Source: Candidatus Iainarchaeum sp. (GTDB lineage: Archaea > Iainarchaeota > Iainarchaeia > Iainarchaeales > GCA-2688035). From it: a stretch of 26,979 nt of DNA. The translations under genes were made by a program, and so were the position numbers. The notes beneath the pieces were generated by a model. It saw nothing but the letters and a program-made list of their open reading frames with translations. It ran no database searches and had not been told where the DNA came from. Positions 8,690 to 18,540 of this stretch are shown piece after piece (position 1 is the first letter of the stretch; every line of letters begins with the position of its first letter). The stretch is from contig JAFCFG010000006.1 in the NCBI GenBank assembly GCA_017608725.1, positions 1-26,979 of the forward strand, given 5' to 3'.

Positions 8690-11600
8690 ATGGGCTTGAA
8701 AGATGCGTATGTTGCATTAGAGGATAAATGGTATGGTTTCTTAGACAGGGTTGATGCCCACATCCCAATATACAAGATAGTTGACCCAATCGACAGGGTT
8801 GTCCCATCCCTCCTTCTCTTTATTGCAGTAATTGTTGCATTGCTTGCTTTCTTTCTTATAATGCCAGGGCTTCCCATGACAGGGCAGGTTTGTTGCAGAG
8901 GTAATAAACAGCAAGGAAACAGGTGCTGACGGCAGCATTAAATTCAATGCACCCTTTAATTCAAGCATTGAGATAAGGATCGAAGAAGTAACAGTTGATG
9001 GCGTAGAATACGAGGCGAAGCATATAAAGTTTCAGGTTGCTGAGGAAGCTGATTTTAGCCAAAAAATTATTTTGAAAGAGAAAGGGCTACCATTCATTAA
9101 GAGAACCATCCTGTTCCAGAACAGCGCTGGCGAAAGAATAACAGGTGAACTCATCAAAATAAGGCTTAGCTGCCAGAATAACCTGGCCCAGCTGCCCCAA
9201 ACAATAGTGGCTGACAACGACAAAGACGGGAGCATTGCAGTAAATATGCCCAGTGACTGCGGAATACTTTACGCAGACATCATAGCGCCAAGTAAATTCA
9301 AGCAGATGAGCTACACAATCTCAAACAGTACGCAGGCAATAAAGCTAGAAAGCCTAGATGTTGCAAAAGGCTCATTGAGGGTAAAGATAAAGGACGGCCA
9401 GGGAAACCTGGTTACCGGAACCAACTTCAGCGTCAAACTCATGGACAGCGCTGGCTCACAGGTCAGTGAAAAATACAGCCTGAACTACGGTGAAGCCTTT
9501 TTCACTGATGTAACAGCTGGAAGCTACAGCGTAAGCGTTGAAGACTTGGACGGAGACTATGGGCTTGCATCCAAGAGCAATGTTCCTGTTCCTGTTGATG
9601 ATACAGCAATAGTTGAAGTGGTTGTAAGCAAAACAGTTAAGGCAACCATTAACGTAAGCGTTGTTGACAAGGCAACCCAGCAGGCAATTCCAAACGCAAC
9701 TGTAAAACTGTTTGATTCAAGCGGCAGAACACTTAGTGAAAAGAACACTGGAGACCAGGCAGAGGTTGTTGTCTTCTATCTGACAGACAACAAGGATTAC
9801 ACTATTATTGCATCGCATGATGATTACTTGTATGAAACAGCCAGCTTGCAGCAGGTAAGCAACCTGGATGTTAAATTTGAATTGGACAGAATAACAGCCC
9901 AAAACAGTGGAAGGGTAAAGGTAAGGGTATTGGACGAGGATGGCCTGGTTGTCCACAACGCAAAGGTCAAGTTGCGTTTTCTGGAAACGGAAATGCTTGC
10001 TCCCTACCCGGCAAAAACCACTGACAGAAACGGCATAGCAAGCTTTGTTGGGGTAAAGGAAGGAAGCTATTACGCTTACGTGGAGAAGTATCCTGCCTTT
10101 GGAGACAACAAGCCTGAGGGCAAGGAAATAGACATCAGGGAGGTAACATACTTTACAGTTCACCTCTACATTGGCAACAGCATGGTTCAGGTAAGGGCAG
10201 AGGACGAAGACGGAATGCCGGTGCACGAGGCAGAGGCAGAGTTCTTTGCAGAGAATGGGGAAAGCCTGGGAAAGATTCCTTTGCCAGAGGGCATTGGCCA
10301 GTATGAACTGAAAGCGGACAAAAGGGCATATGTTGTTGTAAGGCACGATAACTTCATGTCAGTGCAGACAATGCCACAGCAGCTTTGGCCAAACCAGACA
10401 ATCAGCTTTACTGCAAAAATGGAGCCAAGGCTTGTTCTGGGAGACCCAAAAATAGAGTTTGAGGGGATATTCAACAAATCAGGAAAACAAGTGCAGCAGC
10501 TGGATGCAGGAAACAGGTATTTTGCAAGGTTTAAGTTGAGCGTGCCAGAGGCAGGCAATTTCAGCCAGGGGGGCTTCCATTTTAGAATAGGGGATGAAAG
10601 ATTGCTTGTAAATGAGCCCCTGGTGATAAAGGACGTTATTGCAGGGGACATAAAGGCTCCGTTGAAGGGAACGAGCTTTACCCCGCCAATTGGATATGAG
10701 AAAGACAGCCAAAATTTAACAGAGGGAGACGCGAAATGGGTTAACATATGGTGGTCAGACCTTCAACCAATGAATTATTATTTTGGGTTTGAGATAAGGG
10801 TAAAGAGCCAGATAACCCCCTACACAAAGCTTGCAATGCACTACAGGGCATGGGCAAAGGACGAGGCAGAAGACTATGTCAGGGTTCCATATGATTCCAT
10901 CCTTGGAACTGCTGAAACAACAGCAGAAAAGCAGGCGCTTTATGCAAAAACCCTTGACCTGCAGTTCCTGGAGGGCTCACCCAGTGACTGCCAGGAGGAC
11001 TTTTGCTACAGTGGAGAAAGCATACTTGACGAGGACAGGGGGCTTTACATTTATGAGCCCTATCAGATGAGGGCAGGGGCCAAGCACAAGCTGACATTTG
11101 ACATATTGAACAACAGTGAAAGGCAGTACGACAGCAGTGAATTATACATAACAGTGGATGGTCTAACCATAACAGGATATGAAATAGTAAACGCTTCAGG
11201 GCGAGAAACAGGTGCAGAGAACATTGCAGGGAAAAAGGTTGAAGCCATTGATTTGGGTGAATTCACCAAGGGGAAGAGTGTCAGCAGCAGGGTTTCTTTC
11301 AGCGCCTCTTCAGCTGGGAATGCGGCAATTGAAGTAAAGGTAATTGCAGATGGCAGGGTTGTTTTCCAGAGGAACATTAGTGCACAGGTGGTTAGCGAAA
11401 GGGAAATGCAGGTTTCGGTTGACCCAGAAACAATACCGGCTTATATAGCAAACGATTTGCAGGTTTACATTAGGGAAAATGCCGATGGGCAGCACTTTGA
11501 CGTTGACAACGCACTTGTAAGGCTTACAATAACGCATCCAGACAAAACAACGGAATTTTACACTTCTATTACAAACGGTTTTGGAAAAACAAGCTTTAAC

Positions 11601-14600
11601 CTGCCTGCTTTGCAGCCAAACGCAAAAATAGTGGTTGAGGCAGAGAAGCCAGAGTATTATGCAGAGCCGCTTGTTTTGTTTGTTGACAGCAACGTTCTTA
11701 GGTTCTCTCCTGGCAAAGTGAATTCAAATTTGGATACCAGGGGAGTGAAAGAGCAGGTGTTTACTGCTGAGGCCAGGAATGTTATTGGAATTGACCTCAA
11801 AATCAAGAACATTGCTTTAAGCGGGGCATTCAAGGGGTTGCTTGACAGGGGAACAATGGCAAACTTTGCAAAACAGTACATTGGAATGACAATTGAGGGC
11901 AGCCAAAGCGCTGTAAGGGAGTTCTTCAAAACAAAGCTGAGTGCAAACGCAAGGGAACTGCTTTTAAGGAACGAAAAACTGTTGGGCGAATACGTTGTTA
12001 CTGCAACAAACAGCGACGAAAGCATTACCTGGGACATAATTGTGCCATTGCAGGTTAGGGTGGCTGTTGGCGATTTGCCTGACAATGCACCCTGCCTGAT
12101 AATTTCAAGGGAGAAGTGGGATGCCTCCACTCTTGAGAACAGTGCAACTATTGAATTTGAGGTACAGAACAACTGCATGGCAGCCGGCAGCTTTGTTGAA
12201 TTGGACAATTTGCAGGCAATGCTTGAATGGCAGGGAGACGCAATTGGAACAGTTGAGCTAACATTGATTGAAGCAGAAACCGGCAGCAGCAACAGCGAGA
12301 TTCTAAGGCCTGGAATGTGGGTGCAGTTGTTCAAAACAATTCAGCCTGATTCAATCTACTACGCAATGCTTACCTTTACACCAAAGCAGGGCCATTTGGG
12401 TGAGACAGCGAAATTCACTGTGGACATAGATGGCCAGACAACCACAAGCGGGGGCAGTGCCTTTGTTGGCTCAAAGCCAAGCAAAATCACCTCAAACATT
12501 AAAGTCGTGAATTTGCAGCAGTGCATCACATACGAGGGAGCAGAGAACGTTGTTGAATTAAGAGCTGGGCAAAACGATGGGGCATTTACTGTTGATTCAA
12601 GTGATTGCGGTAACACTGGGGTAACAATTGAATTATGCAGGCAAAATCCAAATTGCAGCGGGGGAGCAGAGGGAGGAATTGAAGTAACCCCCCTAAGCTT
12701 TACCCTAAGGCCAGACAACCCAACAAAGGAAATACTTGTAAGCAGAAGAAGCATTCCGGGAATGTATGGAATCAACGTTGAGGCAAAAGTAGCAGGCACC
12801 TCTTTCAGAGAGGTAAAGAATATTGATGTATTGGTTGAACCAGAATCAAGCAATGAATTTGCTCTTGACAAATATGAACTGAGTTTGAAGGGGATTGGGG
12901 CAAAGGACGAGGTAAAGCTGACAAACAAGGCATTGAGTGAAACTGTTTCAGTTGATGCTTCTGCATGCGACTGGGGCACAGCAGAGGAAGAAGGAATGTT
13001 TGACTTGGCTGGAGCTGGGATGGGTGCTGCTATTGCAGCATTGTTGGGCGCAAAAACAGCGATAGAGCAGGCAAGCGAAGCAACAAACGCAGTTAACCTT
13101 GCAAGAACCACGGATTTAAGCAATGCGCTTGAACAGGCAAGAGCAGCAAACCAGGCAACAGAAGCTGCAAAGGCTGCAAGCGAGGCAGCGAAAACTGCTT
13201 CGGAAACAGCCCAAAATGAGGCAGTGAAGTCAGCAAATAGAGCTGTTCAGCAGGCAGCAGCAAAAGCAGGCAGCATTCCAGCAACATGTGATGCAGGCAC
13301 TAACACATACTTGGGCAATGCAAGTAGCAATACAGGTGCAGCAGACACAACTGCAAGCAGCTCATTTATTTCAAGTATCGGAAGCATGATCGGGTCAATT
13401 TTAAGTGGTGTTGGAAAAATTGGCAGCGGCGTATTTAACACTATTACAGGAAGGGAAACAGCATCAGCCAATGAGGCCTGGCAGGTAAGCACTTCCCCAA
13501 TGAACTCAACAAAGGACCTTGACAACAGCATTGCTGATACAGATAGCGCGATTTCGCATGTAACTGATAACAGGGCAGAACTGGTAAAAAGCCGGGCTGA
13601 TGCTGAAACAATGCTGGCAGAACTGAACAATGCAAAAATACAGCTTGCCGGGGCAAGTGCATCAATAGATTCCAGCATTGGCATATGCACTGCTGATTGC
13701 GCACTAGAACCAGCAGGGCCCTGCTGCCCGCACCTTGGCACTGCCCAGGCTGCCAAAGGGGAAATAAATGCTGCCATTGCAGCAGTTGACAACGCTATTG
13801 CAAAAACAGAGGCTGCAAAGGCAGAAATTGCGGAAGCAATTAGTTCAGCAGATAGCTCCCTTGCTGAGCTTCAAAGTACGCAAACACTGCTTCAAAACGC
13901 AAAAACCTCAATGGGCAAGCTTGGCAAAACAATGGCAGCAACAGAGGGGGCAAGCAGCTTTAACAAAGGCAAGTTCTTTGGCATTTTGGGTACGTATGCT
14001 GCATTGGGTGCAATTGCCGGTGGCCTAATGGGCGGCGTATTTGGAGATGACCCCTGTGACCAAAGGGTTACTGCAAACCTAATGGACTATGTGATTAACC
14101 TGAAGGATGATAATTTGCCACTGGCTGTTGACAAAGAGGGAGTTACTGCGGAGTGGAAAACAGATGGTGCACAGGTCTTTGGCACTTATGATAGCCAGGA
14201 AGTTGGAATTGAATTTAATAATGTTTCGGTTGAACCGGGAAAGCCGACCTATGCAACAGTAACCATTAGTGCAACAAGGCATTACCATGCAAGCCCAACA
14301 ACTATTAGCAGGGGCGACTCAGGATTTGGGCCATTTAATGTTCCTGACCAAAGAAGCGAAACCTACACCCAGAAGTTCCACTTGAAGCTTAACACAAAGG
14401 ATATCTCGCTTGAAATACCCCCCCTGCCAGAGGAAGAAGGCTGCCTGATGGGAACCCTTGTAGGGAGAACAGGCAGGGAAGCCCTGCCAAAAATAAAGCT
14501 TAATTGGAGCTGGGATGACCAAACAGGGATTGCAGCAGATGAGTGCGATTATTTGAACGATGAAGCAGTTTACTGTGATGCAACCCAGTTTGGCATAATG

Positions 14601-16139
14601 GTGAACAAAAGGCTGAGGGCATTGGAGCAATTCCTTTCAGCGAATACTCCCCTGCCCTGCCCGCCAAATCCCGCAATAGAATCCCTGGAAGAGATTGGGG
14701 AGGAATACAATGCAGCCCTGGACGAGCTGGGCATGGTGCCGTTTGTTCCGATGGACGTGGACAGTTGTTGGATGCCCCGTTCTACTGTTCTGTTTGACGG
14801 AAAGCCTGCTTTGCTTTACTACGTTGAAGCAAATTTGGATAGCATTACTTGGACTGAGGAAGTGCCTGATTTGGATTCCCTGAGAAAGCTGCTGCATTTC
14901 AAGGCCTATTTGATTAAGGACGGCTACAGTGGGGATTTCCAGCGTGACTTTGTTGAATTCTATACGACAACCAGCTTTTATGACCCTCCGGAATGGTTTG
15001 TTGGTTCAGGGGAGAGATACGCTGACCTGTTCAGTGACCAGGATATTATGAGGTTTAGAACAAGGTATGCTGGGGATGAAAGGCTGTCTTCAGCTGGCTT
15101 GTATGATGTGGTTCTGGCAGTCAATTACTTCAATGAGGACTGGCAGTTGTTCAGGCTGGGTTTGCCTGATGCAAAGATTGTTGTTGACCTGCATCTTATT
15201 GAGAACCCTTACCCTGACTCAATATTCTACAACCTGCCGTTCAACGGAAACATTGGAAAGGAAAGTAGCAACGGCAGGGTTGGCTACGGTGTGAATTTTG
15301 AGAACAGGAAGGACAACATCCTGATTACCGAGTACCCGGGCGAATCAATTGACACTGCTGCAATTAGCGGCAGCACTACCATAAGCGTTATTGAAACAGA
15401 TGTTGAAACTGACATAAAGAAAATCAATGCAAGCGCTTCCAACAGGGGATTTTTGATGAATGTGGCAGAGGGCTCAGGCAGTGTAAAGGAAATAACCTTC
15501 AGCCCAAATTATGCCACTCCTGTTTTGCTGCAGCTCAGCCATGGCAGGGACGAAGAGCCCTTCTCTGCGTTCTATCAGCTGCAGGAAACCCTGACGCCTG
15601 TAGAGGTTGGAACAAACCTTGGGTTTTGGACTGGCTCAGGAGAATGCTTGGACTTTACTGGCATTCCAGTATTTGAGGCATTTGACTTCAAGGCAGACAG
15701 GGAAGCAACTAGCAGCGACAGGCTAAGCAACTGGGAGTTTGCCTATGCAGTTGACTGGGACAAGGCAGACTACAGCGGCAATGTTTACCTTAAAACAGTG
15801 TTCTTTACCCCAACAAACGGCAGCTATAATTTGAAGGCACTGCAGCCAACTGAACTAAAGTTTATTACACCAAGCAGTGGCAGCCAGCAGGTAGTTGAAT
15901 TGGAGGGAATTAGGGGCATGCAGCACAACAGCAGGCAGGGGATGGACAATGCAAAGAGCCTGCAGGACCTCTTTGATTTGGTGGAAAGCAGGCATGTCTG
16001 CGTTACAAATTCAGGGGCAAGGACAGCGTTTTGGTGGAATCCGAAAACATTGTACGAAACAGCCGGCCCAAACACAAGCATTAGGGACTTTGAAGAAGGC
16101 CTTGTTGCTGGCCAAAGCTGCATTGGATACAGCAGTTGA
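8690..16139 (+). CDS. Giant (~2480 aa) surface protein (paralog 3), interrupted by a frameshift near 8880-8895 (possible pseudogene or assembly error)
   Basis: ORF 8690-8929 (MGLKDAYVALEDKWYGFLDRVDAHIPIYKIVDPIDRVVPSLLLFIAVIVALLAFFLIMPG) aligns residue for residue with the N-terminus of paralog 2. A second frame is open from 8880 (after TGA at 8877-8879) to TGA at 16139 and reads ...VAEVINSKETGADGSIKFNAP...LKEKGLPF, running into the tracked 9072 ORF. Domain order and motifs (DWG, YCDATQF, YLIKDGY) match paralog 2. Confidence 0.8.
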
Positions 16140-16235
16140 GGCGAGCGTTAGCGAGCATAACCCATACTTTGTATGGCATTAATTTACACGCGGAATTTGC
16201 GGGCTGGCCAAAGCTGCATTGGATACAGCAGTTGA
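16107..16235 (+). repeat. Perfect 33-bp direct repeat duplicating the 3' end and stop codon of paralog 3, enclosing a 63-bp insert with a hairpin
   Basis: GCTGGCCAAAGCTGCATTGGATACAGCAGTTGA at 16107-16139 and 16203-16235. The insert contains GCGAGC-GTTA-GCGAGC (16141-16156) and the inverted repeat CCATAC-TTT-GTATGG (16162-16176). Confidence 0.9.
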
Positions 16236-16450
16236 AAACCAGCCTTATTTTGGGGAAAAATCAATTAACAGGGGGCCAGTTTCTTAAAGCGCCCTGTAGA
16301 AATGATTCATAAATGCAAAATTTGAATCCCTTAAATCGGCTTTAAACGGCAAAATAGCAGCAAGGCATTTATAAACAAAAATAGAATTTCTACACAGGAT
16401 TTCTTAAAGCAAATTAATTTAAATCAGAACAATTATTCTAGTTATTGGTT

Positions 16451-16843
16451 ATGGTTCAAGATATTTTGCCAATGCTCTTTGCTTTGTTTTCCTTTTCAGA
16501 GTTTTTTGGAGACATGACCTTTGTTTTGAAGATATTTGTTTTAATGACAATAATCAGCTTTATTGTAATGCATTTGGGAACAGGGCCCCTGGCAATCATA
16601 TTGATTTTGGGGATAAGCTACTTTGTTTTGATTGGTGCTTTTTGGTTTTTTGGCTCAGTCTATGTTCTAATGATGCTGCTGATGTTCGGAGTTTCAGGCA
16701 TTTTAATTGATTTCTTTTTTGTTGGAGGGATGGGAACGCCGCAAGAGCAGACACCAATAAGCCATGGTATTGACTTGAGGGCAAAGAGGGGGGCAATGAT
16801 GGCGCATGGCAGAGGCAGCCCCAGAAGAAGAATGATGAGATGA
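16451..16843 (+). CDS. Small multi-pass membrane protein (130 aa) with a basic C-terminal tail
   Basis: ATG at 16451 lies two codons after the tracked TTG. About 95 aa are almost entirely hydrophobic and are followed by an Arg-rich tail (RAKRG...RGSPRRRMMR). It contains the LG-x3-LAI-x7-Y motif shared with the next two ORFs. Confidence 0.75.
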   Translation: MVQDILPMLFALFSFSEFFGDMTFVLKIFVLMTIISFIVMHLGTGPLAIILILGISYFVLIGAFWFFGSVYVLMMLLMFGVSGILIDFFFVGGMGTPQEQTPISHGIDLRAKRGAMMAHGRGSPRRRMMR

Positions 16844-16849
16844 AAAAAG

Positions 16850-17188
16850 ATGGCTTTTTCAATGAACCAGCAGGGGAACATGCTTTTGTTTATTTTCATT
16901 GCCTTCCTTATCTTAGCTGTGCTGCCCCCCATTGTAATGATGCTGTTTCCAGCGGCAGACATCATAATCAGGGTAATACTTGTTTTGCTGATTTTTTCAA
17001 CTGTAAGGGGCTATCTTGGAGGGGGCATTCTCTCGCTTATAATTAGCGGCGTGCTAATTTACTTCCTTGTAATCAAATGGGCTTACTTCACTGCATCCAT
17101 GTATGTGTTCTTTTACTTCATAATGACCTTTGCAATTACCTCAGTGGTGATTTGGGGAATCGGAATGAATATAGGGAAAAGGGGGTAG
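16850..17188 (+). CDS. Small multi-pass membrane protein (112 aa)
   Basis: Hydrophobic throughout, with 3-4 predicted helices. It starts 6 nt after the previous stop codon (operon-like) and carries LGGGILSLIISGVLIY. Confidence 0.8.
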   Translation: MAFSMNQQGNMLLFIFIAFLILAVLPPIVMMLFPAADIIIRVILVLLIFSTVRGYLGGGILSLIISGVLIYFLVIKWAYFTASMYVFFYFIMTFAITSVVIWGIGMNIGKRG

Positions 17189-17243
17189 AGTAACTGCTAA
17201 CCAGACTTTATAAATGGGCCAATAAATGCTGTATTAGGGGGCA

Positions 17244-17260
17244 GAGAAGGTTTTATAATA
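17244..17260 (+). promoter_or_regulatory. Candidate archaeal BRE/TATA promoter
   Basis: Purine-rich GAGAAGG immediately followed by TTTTATAATA, about 45 nt upstream of ATG 17301. An AAGGTG RBS-like motif (17285-17290) lies between them. Confidence 0.4.
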
Positions 17261-17300
17261 AAGAAACGGCATTAATTTCTATGTAAGGTGCATCAAAAAA

Positions 17301-17564
17301 ATGTTTTTTGCATTGCTGCAATTGAACGAGGCAACCCTGTACACTGATCTGTGGACAGTTCTCTCACTGTTCTACCTTGTGTGGATCTTTGGCTGGGCAA
17401 AGAATGCACTGGGTTCAGCAAAGCTTGCAATACTGTTTGCGGTAATAGTTGTTTACCTGACTTTCTTTTTGCACCCTGAACTGGTCTGGTTGCCAGTGCT
17501 GATAATAATTTTTGCTGCCCTTGGAAAAGGCGTGTTTGAAAAAGCAAACGTGTTCAAGGACTGA
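17301..17564 (+). CDS. Small multi-pass membrane protein (87 aa)
   Basis: AAGGTG upstream of the ATG, three hydrophobic segments, and the motif LGSAKLAILFAVIVVY. Confidence 0.8.
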   Translation: MFFALLQLNEATLYTDLWTVLSLFYLVWIFGWAKNALGSAKLAILFAVIVVYLTFFLHPELVWLPVLIIIFAALGKGVFEKANVFKD

Positions 17565-17576
17565 GCTGGAAAGGGA

Positions 17577-17921
17577 GTGGTTTTTTTGGATACATTTACC
17601 TTCATGGTTGCTATTCTCCTAATGATGCTTGCAGTGCAATTCAACCAAAACTGGCTTGTTTTTGCAATTGTTGCAATAATGATTCTAACCATGCGGAGTC
17701 TTAGCACCACGCTTTTCCTAATAATTGCAACAATTGTAATGTTTGTTTCAAAAGAGTATCTTAAGGAATACTGGCCATTTGTTCTGTTTGGCCTAATAAT
17801 CCTTGCGCTGTTGATTGGCATTGGAAAGAAGGACGGGGGCCAGCCGGAGGCGATGCCAATGGACCTGTACGGCGGTGGCTTTGATGCAGGGGGCTTTGGC
17901 GGCTTACCAGGGGGGCTTTGA
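17577..17921 (+). CDS. Small multi-pass membrane protein (114 aa) with a Gly-rich C-terminal tail
   Basis: GTG start after GGAAAGGGA, about four hydrophobic segments, and the tail GGGFDAGGFGGLPGGL. Confidence 0.8.
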   Translation: MVFLDTFTFMVAILLMMLAVQFNQNWLVFAIVAIMILTMRSLSTTLFLIIATIVMFVSKEYLKEYWPFVLFGLIILALLIGIGKKDGGQPEAMPMDLYGGGFDAGGFGGLPGGL

Positions 17922-17986
17922 AATCGGGGTTGTTTGATTAGGAGGGGCTTTGAGGTCAGGGTTATTCTATTAGGGGGCTTTGAAAT
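17909..17986 (+). repeat. Degenerate ~31-bp tandem triplication beginning across the stop codon at 17919-17921
   Basis: GGGGGCTTTGAAAT at 17911-17924 and 17973-17986, and GGGGCTTTGA at 17944-17953. Confidence 0.6.
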
Positions 17987-18372
17987 TGTTGTTTTATCAG
18001 ATGAGGCAGAGCATTATCTTTCTCCTGATAATAGCAGGGTTTGGATTCATTGCAATTGACCAGCCGCTGCCGGCTGGCCTTTGCTTTATTGCAGCTGTTC
18101 TCCTCCTAATAGTGAAAACAGTGAAGAAAACAGTTCAAGCAGCAGGGGCAACAGCAGGGGTAATGGGCTACGGCGTTAAAGAGGAAGTCAGCAAAGCAAA
18201 GGGCAATTACCCTGACCCAAACGTTTTCAAGGAGGGCATTGAAAACGCAATTGACTTAACAGCACAGCAGGTGCACGCACCGGACACGCACAAGTTCAAG
18301 TACAAGGGAGTTGGCGCATTTGGTGAGGGATGCAACAAACTGATTGACGCATTCAAAAGGGTTTTCAGATAG
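17980..18372 (+). CDS. Membrane protein (~130 aa) with two N-terminal hydrophobic helices and a soluble C-terminal region
   Basis: Hydrophobic hairpin IIFLLIIAGFGFIAI...LCFIAAVLLLIV followed by a charged region. The start is uncertain (TTG 17980 or ATG 18001). Confidence 0.75.
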   Translation: MKLLFYQMRQSIIFLLIIAGFGFIAIDQPLPAGLCFIAAVLLLIVKTVKKTVQAAGATAGVMGYGVKEEVSKAKGNYPDPNVFKEGIENAIDLTAQQVHAPDTHKFKYKGVGAFGEGCNKLIDAFKRVFR

Positions 18373-18410
18373 GGAAATGCAAAAAAACTATAGGGAAATG
18401 CAAAAAAACT
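18369..18410 (+). repeat. Perfect 21-bp tandem duplication including the stop codon TAG (18370-18372)
   Basis: ATAGGGAAATGCAAAAAAACT at 18369-18389 and 18390-18410. Confidence 0.9.
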
Positions 18411-18433
18411 GTTTGAATTAACCAAAAAAAAGC

Positions 18434-18520
18434 TTTTCAGGCAAGGGCAGGCCGGCTGGTTGAATTATTCAAAAAGGGTTTTTTCAGGCAAGGGCAGGCC
18501 GGCTGGTTGAATTATTCAAA
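18434..18520. repeat. Perfect 40-bp direct repeat (period 47) between convergent genes, each copy with internal palindromes
   Basis: TTTTCAGGCAAGGGCAGGCCGGCTGGTTGAATTATTCAAA at 18434-18473 and 18481-18520. Each copy contains GCCGGC and TTGAAT-T-ATTCAA. Confidence 0.9.
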
Positions 18521-18540
18521 GGGCTTTAAGTAGAGAAAAA

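Noticed and set aside
9072-9074. TTG 9072 as the true start of paralog 3
   Set aside because: The frame is open 64 codons further upstream, there is no signal or anchor after 9072, and the homologous N-terminus lies at 8690.
709-16182. Many antisense and alternative-frame ORFs inside the giant genes (e.g. 4258-4866, 11657-12334, 12359-13123 on the minus strand)
   Set aside because: They are fully nested in long sense ORFs and have Ser/Phe/Leu/Cys-rich shadow composition with no recognisable motifs. The same applies to ORFs nested in polB, the HerA-like gene and the PKD gene.
16107-16235. Diversity-generating retroelement (VR/TR pair at the 3' end of a surface protein followed by a hairpin)
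   Set aside because: The two copies are identical with no adenine-specific mismatches, only 33 bp long, and similarity stops abruptly upstream. No reverse transcriptase is encoded in the window.
18434-18520. CRISPR array
   Set aside because: Only two copies, a 7-bp spacer and no cas genes. The 26613-26694 pair also has only two repeats and is reported as an unclassified repeat.
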